DNA of 64,000 nt from a plasmid, in the sequence record NZ_CP081675.1. The stretch is one strand, 5' to 3'. The translations under genes and the position numbers were made by a program. Shown piece by piece: positions 47,534 to 57,986 of the stretch. The notes under the pieces were generated by a model. It saw only the letters and a program-made list of their open reading frames with translations. It was not told where the DNA came from and did no database searches. The first letter of the stretch is position 1. The number at the start of each line of letters is the position of its first letter.

Positions 47534-50098
47534 GTGCAAATACAACCCCCGGAATTCGCAGAGAAAAACCTATCTGTCTGTGACGGTGGCGTCTACGCAA
47601 ACTATTTGCTATCCGGCATGCCATACATGTTCAAGCGCAAGGAACGTCGCCGCCGGTTCGCAGAGCTGCACCGCCAGCTCACACAGGCCTTGCCGTCGGG
47701 GACGTTGCTGTATCTGGTGGCCGCACCGACTGACATCGACTTCATCATGCGACGCGCCCTCTGGGGTCACCTGAGCCCGGCGCAGCTGCGGCGCGCGGTC
47801 GCGGGGGAGTTGCAGGATCCGTGGGTTCAACACGTGCAGGCCTATGAATCCACTTTCCGGGCCTACGCGCCGTATCAGCGTCTGTTCTGGATCGCGATGC
47901 CTGTGGATGCCGGGTTGGAAGGGTACGCCAAAGGCTCTGCAAAGCAACGTTTCCGGAACTGGTTGGCCGGCGCCGACAGTGAAGCCGCTACCACGCTGGA
48001 GGGCTGGCGGGAGACTGCAGACACGATGGTGCGGGGGCTGCCGCGTGACTTCAAACCCACACCGGTCACCGAAGCGCAGCAAGAGTGGTTCTGGGATCAG
48101 TTCTGCTCCCTTGGTGCGTTCAACGACCCGTTCCCGGCACCGACGGTGCCGGCGCGCGGTGTTTTCCGGCGCGCCAAGTTCCACCCCCGCGGCGGCCGGC
48201 GCGACGAATCGATCCTGAAAGTGACGCGCCCGGACAACCCCGAGATCAGGCCGAGCTATCAGAGTGTGTTGACGCTGTTCAGCGCCCAGAAACTGCGATT
48301 CCCTGGCTCGGAGATCTTCAAATTGATCGACCACATCGACCCCTCCCTGGGCCGGGTGAACTGCGCGATGCGGCTGAGCTTGAACCACGTGCAGGACGAG
48401 AAGAATCACAACACCAGTACCGCCAAGAACATTCGAGACCAGGTCCGCCAGCGCGGTATCGCAGCGCTCAATGACGACGAACTCAAGCACCAGATGCAGG
48501 ATCTGCGCGAGTACAACAATCTGCTCAGCGCCGAACCTGGGCAGAAGGGCATGAACGTCGATGTCGTGTTCGCTGCCGGGGCGGACTCGTTGAGCAAAGC
48601 GCGCCACCTGGAACAGGCGTTGCTCAACATCATGGATCGCTCGCGAGTTACGTTGAAATCATTCCCCGGGTCACAGGCCGGGTTGATCAAGATTTTCGCT
48701 GTCGGCAACGAAAAGCAGGCCGGACTCGACGGTATGGGCCATCCGACGACACCGACGAAGTTCTCTCGGTTCGTGCCGCTGATCTCCACCGGCTTGGGCA
48801 ACTCCACAGGCATACCGCTGCTGGTGAACTATTCGACGTTGCGCCGCGAGATCGTGCTCTTGGACCTGCAGGGGGCCTCGGGGCGCGGACATGTGGGCGT
48901 GATCTTGATCGGTGGATCACCTGGTGGCGGTAAGTCGCACTGCTCGAAGATGATTGTGATCGGACTGATGAAGCGCCGCTCACGGATTCACGTCGTGGAC
49001 CCCACTGATACTCGTGAATGGGAGAAGGCGATCGGGCGGGAGCCTGGGGTCAAGGTGATTGATGTGGCCGGCGGCAAGGTCTCCATGGACTTGCTGCGCC
49101 TACTGAGCCCCGACGTCGGCGGGGAGGTGTTCGTCGACCATCTCATGCCATTGTTGGGATATCCGGCAGAAAGCAGCGAGGGTGATCGCTTGGAGCTGCT
49201 GCTGGAACCCGCCTCGCGCGACACTAACGGCATCGGCAGCTGGAACCGGCTGGTGGAAGTGTTGAGGCGAGAGGCCAGCACTGACGCCGACCGGGAAATG
49301 CTCAACAAGTTCGAGGTGCTGTCCAACCGCTCGTATATGCGGGCGCTCACCGATGAGTTGTTGGAAGCCCCTGATATCAGCAAGCTTTCAGGACTGGTGT
49401 GGAACATGGCCGGCATTCCGCTGCCCACCAGCACCGAGAACGACACCGAGCATTTAGCGAGCCGGATATCGCGGCGCGAGCGGGCGGGGCAGGCTATCTA
49501 TGGCATCTGCGCCGAACTGTCGCAGCAGTTGTTCTTCAACGATTCGCAGAGCAGCGATTTCATCGTGCTTGAGGAGGCCGAGGGCTATTTGAACTCCCCG
49601 GCCGGCGGCAAGCGGGCTCACAAGATCACTCGCGAGGCCCGGCGCCTGCAAACTGGCCTTGTCGTGATCAGCCAGAACCTGATCAACGACTGCAGGAAGA
49701 TGGGGACCGAGTTCGTGACCCAAACGATCCTGACCCGCTTCGATGAAGATGATGTCGCCAAGGCTCATCTGGAGCGGTTCATGGGGATCACCGAGGCCGA
49801 GTATCCCGACGTGGTGCGTCGCTACATTGACGATACTTCACCGCCGGAGCTCAATGACACCCTCGAAATGTCGATGGCTACTGATGATTTCGATATGGCC
49901 ATGTCAGATTTCGGCAAGACGATATCTGGGCGTGAGGGTGAGTGCTTTTTCCGCGACGAGTTCCGTCGGGTCGGGCGCGGCAAGCTGCTGGGCGCACCGA
50001 CTGCTGAGTTGGCAGACAGACTCAACACCAACCCAAACGAACAAAAGAGCGGCGACGGGGACGGTAAGCCGAGCAATGGTCAGCGGGGTGCGGCGTGA
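47534..50098 (+). CDS. VirB4/TraC/TcpF-like conjugation ATPase
   Basis: 854 aa; Walker A GGSPGGGKS, Walker B FIVLEEAEGY in C-terminal half. Confidence 0.75.
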   Translation: MQIQPPEFAEKNLSVCDGGVYANYLLSGMPYMFKRKERRRRFAELHRQLTQALPSGTLLYLVAAPTDIDFIMRRALWGHLSPAQLRRAVAGELQDPWVQHVQAYESTFRAYAPYQRLFWIAMPVDAGLEGYAKGSAKQRFRNWLAGADSEAATTLEGWRETADTMVRGLPRDFKPTPVTEAQQEWFWDQFCSLGAFNDPFPAPTVPARGVFRRAKFHPRGGRRDESILKVTRPDNPEIRPSYQSVLTLFSAQKLRFPGSEIFKLIDHIDPSLGRVNCAMRLSLNHVQDEKNHNTSTAKNIRDQVRQRGIAALNDDELKHQMQDLREYNNLLSAEPGQKGMNVDVVFAAGADSLSKARHLEQALLNIMDRSRVTLKSFPGSQAGLIKIFAVGNEKQAGLDGMGHPTTPTKFSRFVPLISTGLGNSTGIPLLVNYSTLRREIVLLDLQGASGRGHVGVILIGGSPGGGKSHCSKMIVIGLMKRRSRIHVVDPTDTREWEKAIGREPGVKVIDVAGGKVSMDLLRLLSPDVGGEVFVDHLMPLLGYPAESSEGDRLELLLEPASRDTNGIGSWNRLVEVLRREASTDADREMLNKFEVLSNRSYMRALTDELLEAPDISKLSGLVWNMAGIPLPTSTENDTEHLASRISRRERAGQAIYGICAELSQQLFFNDSQSSDFIVLEEAEGYLNSPAGGKRAHKITREARRLQTGLVVISQNLINDCRKMGTEFVTQTILTRFDEDDVAKAHLERFMGITEAEYPDVVRRYIDDTSPPELNDTLEMSMATDDFDMAMSDFGKTISGREGECFFRDEFRRVGRGKLLGAPTAELADRLNTNPNEQKSGDGDGKPSNGQRGAA

Positions 50099-52032
50099 TC
50101 GCGGCGTGGTGGTACACCCGCTCGCCGCGGCTGCGCTGGACCATCCGGATCTATACGGTGTGCTATCTAGTGTGCGCGTGGATGATGAAGTCGCAGGCCG
50201 CGATTGCTCGCGCCGATGACACTACCGAGGCGGTATCGCGCTCAGGGAACATGATGGGCTGGACCGGGCTGCACAGCCTGCGCGGAATCCCGTCGGCGTC
50301 GATGCATCTGATCACGTTGTCGGATCGGCGCGGAAATGGGTTCTTCGACGTCATTCTAGCGATCGTGCAGGTCTTCAAAGACATTGTCACCTTTACCTTT
50401 CCGGCGGGCCTGCTGACCGGTGCGGTGGCCTGCTTTCTGCTATTTATGTCCCTGATCCTGTGGCTGTTTAAGTTCGCGCAGTCGATGGTGTGGCTGCAGT
50501 GGCTCGCGGCGCTGTTCGCGCCCCTGTTCACGGCGCTGGTGCAGGTGGTGGTGCAGCTGGGCATCTTGCCGGCATGCTTGGTTGTCGGGCTGACAACCGG
50601 TGGTGTGGTGTTCATGCTGGGTGAACGCGGGCGCGGCATGGCGATGATGGCGGCCGCGTTCGGGGTCGGATTGTTAAGCCTGGCGTTCTTCTCTGATCCT
50701 GTGGGCGATCTGTACTCGCCCGACACGGGGCTACTGGCGACCATTCGGCATTTGGGATTTCAGGTGGGTGAGGCCGCTGCGCGCAATGGGGCGTTGCCGG
50801 GCGCCACCGGTGCCGCCCAGCTCGACAATGCGATGGCCCGCATGGTGACCTCCCTGCAGGAGGGGCCGCTCATGCAGGTCAACTTCGGCCACGTCCTGGG
50901 GTCGCAGTGCGACGGGGCCTACAAGGAGGCATTGGCCACCGCTGATAGCTCTGCGGCGCTGGATAAGATCAGGGGATGCGATAGCGACGCGGCCGATTAC
51001 GCTGAACACCTCGCGTGGGAGGCGTTGGCGGCTGTCGGGATCTTCGGGCTGCTGGCGGCCGTGATGGGCCTGTTCATCATCTACGTGGTGGTCGCTGAGG
51101 TCGAAGTGGGTTTCAAGGCAGGTGCCTACGCCATCAGTGTTGTACCGATGAGCGGTCCGGGGGCGATTCCAGGTCCGACACAACGTGTGTGGATTCAGTT
51201 GATCAAGAACTTGGGCATGGCCGGGTTGGAATGGTTCGCCTACACCGTGTTCGCCTCATTCATTGCGGTGCTGATGATCTCGGCCACGGGAGAGGAGTTC
51301 GCAGCACGCACGGGCATCAACCATCCGGTGGTGAAGTTTCTGGTGGCGACGATCTTGTCGGCGGCGGCGATCGTCGCGTTCTGGAAAATCACGGGATCGT
51401 TTCGCACCATGTCGTTTCGCAAAGTGTCCAAGGCCATGTCGGGCCCGGCGACAGCGGCGCAAGCGGCCATGCTGGGTACCTTCGCCAAAGGACAATCGGC
51501 CGGCGAATGGGCGCATAACTGGCTTAATTCGCGCGGCGAGGGCGAATCAGACAGCGCCGACGACGAGGATAGCGATGGGCAGGGTAAGAACAGCCCCCGA
51601 GATCCCGACGTGCCGACCCTTCCCGACAACATTCCCGAAACGGTGGTGCCCACTACCGCCTCAGCCCCGGACAGCCGAGAAGTGCAGGGCTCTACCACCT
51701 CACGCACTCAAGCGGCGGCCGACGCGGCAGTGGCCACGGCGGCCCCGGAGGCCGCGGTGGCCCAGCGTGTCGCCGAACGCGTCCGTGGCCGTGGCCACGG
51801 CGAAAACGAGGACCCCAGCGCCGGCGGTGGGGGTGCGGGCGTCACACACGCAGCCCAGCGGTACCTGACCGATGATCACCAACCCGACCATGATGGGGCT
51901 CCGCGCCGCGGGGACGTGGACAGCACGCCGGCCGTGCCGGGTCTGCCCGACGTGGCGGCCGACACGGCCAATCGCGAACCGAGCAACGACGGACCCGGAC
52001 CCACCGTTCAGACAACACCGGAAGGCGAATAA
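50095..52032 (+). CDS. VirB6/TrbL/TcpH-like polytopic membrane protein with acidic C-terminal tail
   Basis: 645 aa; ~8 TM helices; ATGA overlap with VirB4-like gene. Confidence 0.5.
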   Translation: MIAAWWYTRSPRLRWTIRIYTVCYLVCAWMMKSQAAIARADDTTEAVSRSGNMMGWTGLHSLRGIPSASMHLITLSDRRGNGFFDVILAIVQVFKDIVTFTFPAGLLTGAVACFLLFMSLILWLFKFAQSMVWLQWLAALFAPLFTALVQVVVQLGILPACLVVGLTTGGVVFMLGERGRGMAMMAAAFGVGLLSLAFFSDPVGDLYSPDTGLLATIRHLGFQVGEAAARNGALPGATGAAQLDNAMARMVTSLQEGPLMQVNFGHVLGSQCDGAYKEALATADSSAALDKIRGCDSDAADYAEHLAWEALAAVGIFGLLAAVMGLFIIYVVVAEVEVGFKAGAYAISVVPMSGPGAIPGPTQRVWIQLIKNLGMAGLEWFAYTVFASFIAVLMISATGEEFAARTGINHPVVKFLVATILSAAAIVAFWKITGSFRTMSFRKVSKAMSGPATAAQAAMLGTFAKGQSAGEWAHNWLNSRGEGESDSADDEDSDGQGKNSPRDPDVPTLPDNIPETVVPTTASAPDSREVQGSTTSRTQAAADAAVATAAPEAAVAQRVAERVRGRGHGENEDPSAGGGGAGVTHAAQRYLTDDHQPDHDGAPRRGDVDSTPAVPGLPDVAADTANREPSNDGPGPTVQTTPEGE

Positions 52033-52165
52033 CAATGAAACCTTGGTATTGGTCCCTTGGCGCTGCCGTAGGGGTGCTGGTGTGGGAGGTTGGGGTGTAT
52101 TTCTCCGGCATTGTGAGTCTGGCGTTCTCAGCGGCTACTACGTTCAACCCGGGAGGCTGAAATCT

Positions 52166-53995
52166 ATGCCGACAACAGCAAGCAGCAAGTTCGCCGAAGG
52201 CCTGCGGCACCTGGGGTTGCTGCCGGGCGTGGCAACCAGCAGGACTGATGCCGCCACGGCGGCGGGGTGCTTTCGTGAGGCCACCCGTCTTGACTCGACG
52301 ATGTGTGATGCCTGGTTGGGTTTGGCCTATGCCCAAGGTTCCACCGTCCAAGTCCTGGCCGCGGCGCACACTCATGCCCGCAACATGTATCGGGAAGTGC
52401 GCAGCCTGGAAGTGCCCGACAGCCATCTGGCGCCCATTGTGCGTACACCGATCGGCGGCAATTTCACCATCACCAGCAAGACGGCCCTGGCGGCCGGGTA
52501 TGCCGGGTTGCTGGTCAGTGACCGCCGCTTCGATGACGCCGAGAATTTGCTGATTGAACTCAACCAACCCGAGAACACCTACGTGACGTTGATATCGACG
52601 ATCCTGTACGCGGTTACCGAACGTTGGACCGATGTGCTCACCACGGCAGACCAGGGCCGACGCCCCGCCGATGTGACGATGGCGGCCACCGTGGATGCGC
52701 TCACCGCACAGGCGGCCGCGAAAATGGGACAGTTCGGGCGGGCGGTGGAGCTCGCCGAATTTGCATACCTGCACGGCGAGCCAGCGACGAAAGGGTCTGC
52801 GGCGCTGACCGCGGGCCTGGCGCTACGCAGCCTGAGCCAGTCCGAGAAGGCCACTGAATGGCTGACCAAGGCAGCGGCCACCGGAACCAGCCCGGAAGCC
52901 AAAGCAGCACTGGATAACTCTGGCTATGTTCTGACCGTCATCACTGAAGATGTCATCAACGCGCGCACCAACCGGTGGGATCCCAGCAGTGCACCATCGC
53001 TGGAGGAGCTCGAGCGCGAGATGCGCCGCATCGGCGACCCGGAGCTGTTGGCTGAGGGGGAAGCCGAGCTTGCCGCCCATGTGGGTCTGGTCGTGGTTAA
53101 GGATCGGATAGAACAGCTCAAGACTGCCCAGAAGTTTGACTTGGAGATGCGGGCGGCTGGTGAGCCGGTCGGTGAAATCGAAAGTCTCTGCATGACTTTC
53201 GTTGGTGAACCGGGCACGGCGAAGACCTCAGTAGCGAAGGCTACCGGCAAGATTTTCTGCGGATTGGGGTTGCTGCGATTCCCCGATGTGTATCGGGTAA
53301 CGCGCATGAACCTCGTGGGCGAGGCGATCGGTCAAACAGCGCAGCGCACCAGCGAGTGGCTGGAGCGGGCACGTGGAGCCACGCTCGTGGTCGACGAGGC
53401 TCACGAGTTGTGGAAACCGCAGACCACGAATGATTTCGGTGTGGAAGCTCTCGATACCATCATGAATTTCGCTGAAGAGCACCGCCGCGACATCATGATC
53501 ATCCTGGCCGGATACAAGCTTCGCATCGACGCCATGCTCGATGCGAACCCAGGTCTGCGAAGCCGGTTCCCTGTGCAGCTGGAATTCCCGTCGTACTCGG
53601 CCGAGGAGATGCTCTCGATCAGCGACGTGATCGCCCGGCTGAGTTCTAAAGCGATTCTCGATCCCAGCGCACGTGGATACCTGGCCGCGATTTTCACCGA
53701 ACTGACCAGCAAATACGAAGATTACAATCCTTACGGCGGGGAGCCGCGTCTACTGGTTGACCGCGCCGCCAACGGGCGCTTCGTTCGCATGCTGCTGACG
53801 GAGGCTTCCATCTGGATGAAGAACCGGGCGATGAGCGACTCACTGATCGACCGGAGCACACCGGATGGGCGCCGCCTAGCTCGCACATTGTGCGAGGCAG
53901 ACCTGCGCCGCGCGGCGCCGCTGGTGTTGAAGGCGCAAAAGTGCGATCCGCAGATCGCCGATGTGAACGCCGATAGCGCTTTGATCGCGCTGTGA
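52166..53995 (+). CDS. eccA: ESX conserved component EccA (TPR-like N-domain + CbxX-type AAA+ ATPase)
   Basis: Walker A GEPGTAKTS, Walker B LVVDEAHEL, arginine finger region; N-terminal TPR-like helical repeats. Confidence 0.8.
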   Translation: MPTTASSKFAEGLRHLGLLPGVATSRTDAATAAGCFREATRLDSTMCDAWLGLAYAQGSTVQVLAAAHTHARNMYREVRSLEVPDSHLAPIVRTPIGGNFTITSKTALAAGYAGLLVSDRRFDDAENLLIELNQPENTYVTLISTILYAVTERWTDVLTTADQGRRPADVTMAATVDALTAQAAAKMGQFGRAVELAEFAYLHGEPATKGSAALTAGLALRSLSQSEKATEWLTKAAATGTSPEAKAALDNSGYVLTVITEDVINARTNRWDPSSAPSLEELEREMRRIGDPELLAEGEAELAAHVGLVVVKDRIEQLKTAQKFDLEMRAAGEPVGEIESLCMTFVGEPGTAKTSVAKATGKIFCGLGLLRFPDVYRVTRMNLVGEAIGQTAQRTSEWLERARGATLVVDEAHELWKPQTTNDFGVEALDTIMNFAEEHRRDIMIILAGYKLRIDAMLDANPGLRSRFPVQLEFPSYSAEEMLSISDVIARLSSKAILDPSARGYLAAIFTELTSKYEDYNPYGGEPRLLVDRAANGRFVRMLLTEASIWMKNRAMSDSLIDRSTPDGRRLARTLCEADLRRAAPLVLKAQKCDPQIADVNADSALIAL

Positions 53996-54052
53996 TCGAT
54001 TGGGGCGGACCTGCCCTTAAGATTCTGGTAGCGACCTCAGGAGGACCATCGC

Positions 54053-54763
54053 ATGGCCGACAAACCACTGCCGCCACAACGGGCGGTCGAGGCGCAGCAC
54101 GACCACGACCACGACCACCCGCACACGGAGTCTGAACAGGCCCACCGCGCTGAAGCACACGATAGCGGGCCGGCGGATGACCCTTCTGCCAGTGGCGATC
54201 CGTCCGCCGGTGGCGATTGGCCCCTTGCCGTAGACCCGACCGAAGGTGTGTCCGGACTCGACGGGTCCGACCCCCTCAGCGGCATGGATCCGTCAAGTTT
54301 TCTGGGGCCCATCCAGGAAATCGGGTCGAAAGTTGGTGAGCTTCCAAGCCAGCTGGGCCAAGGCCTGCAGCCAGCGATGCAAGCAGCGCAGGCACTGCCG
54401 TCTATGGCCTCAGCCTTCGCACAACCGGCGGGCAATGGTCTTGCTGGTGCCGGGTCACCCGCAGGTGGCGACAAGGTCCAACTCGACCCTGAGAAAGCTC
54501 ATGCCACCACGAGCAGGGCTGAGCAGGAGTCAGCGAACGGCCTGGCCAAAAAATCAGCACCTCAAGGAATGGCGGGAAAGACCCCGTTCGACGCGGCCGT
54601 GGTGACGGGCGCTGTCGAACAGGAGGTGATTGATACCGCGGGCAGCGGCCAGCTCGGCGTGAGATCAGTATCCAACAGCGCAAGCCGGCGCATCGGCACC
54701 GCCACGATCGAGGCCGCCGACGACAAGGCAGCCGGCGAACAGGCATCCGTACGCTACATCTGA
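54053..54763 (+). CDS. acidic protein with HDHDHDH N-terminal repeat
   Basis: 236 aa; AQHDHDHDHPH motif; Gly/Asp/Pro rich. Confidence 0.35.
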   Translation: MADKPLPPQRAVEAQHDHDHDHPHTESEQAHRAEAHDSGPADDPSASGDPSAGGDWPLAVDPTEGVSGLDGSDPLSGMDPSSFLGPIQEIGSKVGELPSQLGQGLQPAMQAAQALPSMASAFAQPAGNGLAGAGSPAGGDKVQLDPEKAHATTSRAEQESANGLAKKSAPQGMAGKTPFDAAVVTGAVEQEVIDTAGSGQLGVRSVSNSASRRIGTATIEAADDKAAGEQASVRYI

Positions 54764-54799
54764 TCTGCGACGACAACGAGATTTGGATAGGTAACCGCC

Positions 54800-55315
54800 T
54801 TGAGCGAGAACACCGCCGACACACCAGAACCCGACAGCATCGAAGCTCTACGCCGTGACCTCAGCGAGCTGAGCGACCGCACCACCAGCCGGCACCGTTA
54901 CCTCAGCCGTGAAATCAACGCCCTTGGAATCCTTGTCGTGCTCATTCTGGCCGGCGCGATCATCGTCGTCTTCGTCGCAGCGTTCTGGTCGGGCTCCTCG
55001 CCCACGACCGCCGACGACGATCTCGACCAACTCCTGGCTCCGGGAACGCACTGTTATCACAGCAGCGAAGAGATGGCGGCTGCGAGGCAACGCGCGCTGG
55101 CCGCGATCGATCGTCTCCAATGGGAGCGTGAACATCCCGACAACGGCAGCGACGATGCGGAGCACGGCCGCTACTACTCGCCGCCAGCTGCCACACAGGC
55201 CGAGCCGGCACTGCCCATCATCGTCGGCGCCAAAGATTCAGGCGTGCCGCAACCAGGGGATAACCAGAACGTCGACACCGACCTGTGCTTCGGCATCCCC
55301 GCCCCCGCTCGGTAG
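54800..55315 (+). CDS. hypothetical single-TM protein
   Basis: 171 aa; TM ILVVLILAGAIIVVFVAAFW. Confidence 0.3.
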   Translation: MSENTADTPEPDSIEALRRDLSELSDRTTSRHRYLSREINALGILVVLILAGAIIVVFVAAFWSGSSPTTADDDLDQLLAPGTHCYHSSEEMAAARQRALAAIDRLQWEREHPDNGSDDAEHGRYYSPPAATQAEPALPIIVGAKDSGVPQPGDNQNVDTDLCFGIPAPAR

Positions 55316-55614
55316 GACCCAGCCAGGCCTCAGTTCGTGGTCGCTGTCGAGACGACACGAGGGATGTCCTCGGCGTCAGAGTGTGCCGGTCGAACGACTG
55401 CTGAGTTACGGGCTCCGCTGACCGGCCGAGGTGACAGACAACGCATGCTCACAGCAAACAGGACCGCGCCGCGAGCCGCGCTGTGCGAGTGTGCGAGTGC
55501 CGGTTGCTGCACTTTCCGGCCAGAGCGCGTACAGTCAGTGGTCATTACGAGGATACTGGCCGGACTATTTAGACGTATTCTGTGGTTGATACATGGTGAG
55601 GAGGTGTTTACAAC

Positions 55615-56004
55615 ATGGCTGACGTACTGGTCAAAGCTGCGAACGACACCGCCCGCATGGACACTCACGAGGTCGTCGCCTACCTGTTGGCGCGGCTCGG
55701 TCGCACCCTGACCGCCTACATCGCCGGCTCGAAGAGCCGCGCCATGCCCGCCAGGTGGGCCGCTCCCCCAAATGACCCGACGCACGCCAAACCCTCCGAC
55801 GAAAAGGCTCGGCGCCTGACCGCGGCGCACGCCGTGTTCCGGTCGATCGAGGACGCAGAGAACGATCAGGTGGCGCGCAACTGGCTGATTTCGGCCAACC
55901 CGCGACTCGACGGCCTCACCCCGGCACAGCTCGTACGCGAGGACCGGATTCCCGAGGTCTACCGGGCAGTCGAAGCATTCATCACCGACACCTATCACGC
56001 CTGA
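55615..56004 (+). CDS. Xre/MbcA/ParS-type antitoxin (DUF2384 C-terminal domain)
   Basis: C-terminal WLISANPRLDGLTPAQLV matches antitoxin toxin-binding motif. Confidence 0.55.
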   Translation: MADVLVKAANDTARMDTHEVVAYLLARLGRTLTAYIAGSKSRAMPARWAAPPNDPTHAKPSDEKARRLTAAHAVFRSIEDAENDQVARNWLISANPRLDGLTPAQLVREDRIPEVYRAVEAFITDTYHA

Positions 56005-56051
56005 CCTGGCCCGTCCCTATACTCAGCCGGATCGCTGTGTAGAGGGGGTAG

Positions 56052-56849
56052 GTGCGGGTGACGTCCTTTGACGTTGGCGTCTGCGCGGCGACAGGTCTGA
56101 ACATCGTTGCCAGCGCCGGCCAGAGCATCTACCGGGTCGCCAGCACAGACTACGGACCGGTCAATCCTCCGGCGCGAGAGCTCGGCGGCGTCCCGGTCGA
56201 GGGCTGGTCGCGGTGGGACACGCTGGGGCGCACCATCTATGGGTGCTCGACGGCCACCGGCGCGTTCGTCGAAGTGCTCGAGTACATCACGCCCGATCCC
56301 CCGGCCACGCCGATGGAGGAGTTGTTCGACGACGTCGGCCCCGACGATGCCGCGACGTTCGCCGAGCAGGTCGCCCGGGAACTGCCCGCCCACGGGGCCA
56401 TGGCCTACCGGTCGATCCCGCGGGGATGGAGGGAAGAGCGATCGCTCTATGAATTGCGGCTGCCCGGCAGTGGGTGGTTTGTGAACATCACCGGAGCCCA
56501 ATCATTGTCGGTCGTCTCCAAGCAGCTCAGCTCGCTGGTGGCGCAGTGCGGGATCGATCAGCTCACGGTCAGCGAGTTGACGAGCTCTTCTGAGGAATAC
56601 AAGAAGTTGACCACGGGGATCGCCACGTGGGTTCGGGAGTCGGTGGTGCTCGCCAACGGCGATAGACCGCACGGGATCGTGTACCCATCGAAATGGGGTA
56701 TCACGCTGGACAATTGGGCGATGTGGCTGCGACGCGCCGACGATCAGACCGGAGTCGATCCGATTGCCGTCACCGCCACCGATGGGATTGGCCGGCACAC
56801 GAGACCATTTGTTGAGGCGGCGACGTTGCGTCATATGCGGATCTTCTAG
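56052..56849 (+). CDS. RES-domain toxin (MbcT-like NAD-targeting family)
   Basis: Arg...Glu...Ser signature segments GRTIYGCSTATGAFVEVLEY and HGIVYPSKWG; downstream of Xre-type antitoxin. Confidence 0.5.
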   Translation: MRVTSFDVGVCAATGLNIVASAGQSIYRVASTDYGPVNPPARELGGVPVEGWSRWDTLGRTIYGCSTATGAFVEVLEYITPDPPATPMEELFDDVGPDDAATFAEQVARELPAHGAMAYRSIPRGWREERSLYELRLPGSGWFVNITGAQSLSVVSKQLSSLVAQCGIDQLTVSELTSSSEEYKKLTTGIATWVRESVVLANGDRPHGIVYPSKWGITLDNWAMWLRRADDQTGVDPIAVTATDGIGRHTRPFVEAATLRHMRIF

Positions 56850-57030
56850 CGGGTGGGCAAGACATTGCCGCCATGCCTCAATCGAACAGGAGACCTGGCG
56901 GCATCACCCAAACGCCCGCGCAGAACACCGTCACCACGGCAAGAGGACGTGAATTCTGATCGATTCAGCCCCCACCCGTCGTTCGCCATACCCTTTCGAC
57001 TGATCCGCCCCGGCATGTCGGGAGGTTCTC

Positions 57031-57984
57031 TTATCTGAGTGCCTCCTCGGCATGAGGGTGCCGTTGGCGATGGTAGTAGAGCGCTTCGGCCCGATCGGGG
57101 GTCAGGTCCTGGCAGTAGCCGTTGGGTCGCTGACGGTTGTAGAAGGCCACCCATTCGGCGGTCCCCAGCGCCAGTTCGGTGGCACCGGGATAGAGCGGCT
57201 GGCGGTCGATGAGTTCGGTCTTGTAGCTGCTGTTCACCGATTCGGCCAGAGCATTATCGAAACTATCCCCGACGGATCCGACTGAAGGCAGGATCCCCTC
57301 AGCGGCCAGACGTTCGGTGAACGCGACCGCGGTGTATTGCGAGCCCGCGTCGCTGTGGTGGATAAGTGAATCCAAAGATGCTGCACCCGAACGCTTTCTG
57401 GTGTCGATAGCGTGGTCGATCGCATCGGTCACCAGCTTCTGGGTCATCTCGGTAGCCACCTTCCAACCCACGATCTTGCGGGCATAGACATCGGTGACGA
57501 ACGCCGTGTAGGCCCAGCCGGCACGAGTCCGGCAGTAGGTGAAATCGGCCACCCACAATCGGTCAGGCGCACCGGCGACGAAATTACGCCGGACCCGATC
57601 CGGGGCTCGCGTCGCTGCCGGATCGGCGACGGTGGTGCGCACCCGCCGGCGCTTGCACGCACCCCGCCAACCCATCTCCCGCATGACCCGTTCCACGACA
57701 CAGCGCGATACGTCGATACCATTGGTGCGCAATACAATCCATGTTTTACGAGCGCCCAGGACTCGGTACAGACTCTGCGATTGGCGAAGCTGCCAGATCG
57801 CATCGATCACCTGCGCATCGGCCCAGTCGGCTTTCGAGGGGCCCTGACGGGCGCGGTGGGCGTAATACGTCGACGGGGCGATCGTGACGCCGTACTCGGA
57901 AAGCACAGCGCACATCGACTCGACACCCCACTTGAGACCATCAACGCCCACCCGCATGTGCTGGTGGGCGCTGATGAACTCCAC
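57031..57984 (-). CDS. IS3-family transposase OrfB
   Basis: identical to 24421..25374. Confidence 0.8.
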   Translation of the reverse strand: MEFISAHQHMRVGVDGLKWGVESMCAVLSEYGVTIAPSTYYAHRARQGPSKADWADAQVIDAIWQLRQSQSLYRVLGARKTWIVLRTNGIDVSRCVVERVMREMGWRGACKRRRVRTTVADPAATRAPDRVRRNFVAGAPDRLWVADFTYCRTRAGWAYTAFVTDVYARKIVGWKVATEMTQKLVTDAIDHAIDTRKRSGAASLDSLIHHSDAGSQYTAVAFTERLAAEGILPSVGSVGDSFDNALAESVNSSYKTELIDRQPLYPGATELALGTAEWVAFYNRQRPNGYCQDLTPDRAEALYYHRQRHPHAEEALR

Positions 57985-57986
57985 GA

